Below are positions 59,800-64,000 of a stretch of 64,000 nucleotides of DNA, piece after piece (the first letter of the stretch is position 1; each line of letters starts with the position of its first letter). The DNA is from the human T2T-CHM13v2.0 reference genome, Homo sapiens, in the NCBI RefSeq assembly GCF_009914755.1, contig NC_060947.1; one strand, 5' to 3'. Both the position numbers and the translations under genes were made by a program. Under the pieces are notes generated by a model. It had not been told where the DNA came from. It saw nothing but the letters and a program-made list of their open reading frames with translations, and did no database searches.

Positions 59800-59890
59800 A
59801 ATCTCAGCAAGGGTTCTCCAGAGAAACAGAACCAGTAGGAACTAACAGAACTCAGGTAGGAGTTAGTGCTTCAGACTTGAGGGAGATTTT
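59800..59890 (-). mobile_element. MLT2 LTR fragment (target of the L1PA insertion)
   Basis: agggttctccagagaaacagaaccagtagga is the MLT2 terminal motif. Confidence 0.65.
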
Positions 59891-59891
59891 C

Positions 59892-64000
<4,109 letters not shown>

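Overview
This window is primate, most likely human, non-coding genomic DNA. It is AT-rich and dominated by nested retrotransposons, and it contains no intact cellular gene, RNA gene or CRISPR array. The main recognisable items are: a decayed class III ERV (HERV16/ERVL-like internal region plus LTR16); a complete THE1A provirus with target-site duplication (TSD); a near full-length, disabled processed pseudogene of calmodulin 1 (CALM1); an MLT2A solo LTR; several L1s (a full-length L1MA, an internally deleted L1MA on the minus strand, and a young L1PA3-like copy with a 781-codon open RT segment); a rearranged MER57/MER101-like ERV1 block; and Alus, MIR, L2 and DNA-transposon relics. I found no convincing new biological system. 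The most unusual observations are retrotransposition footprints. One 12-bp target site (AAGACTGAAATC) occurs three times, bracketing a twin-primed L1 and the CALM1 retrocopy. An ERV1 block appears to be bounded by two U3 ends in opposite orientation. A 105-bp foreign patch with L2-like sequence sits inside a younger L1. Repeat subfamily names come from recalled consensus sequences, not from a database search.
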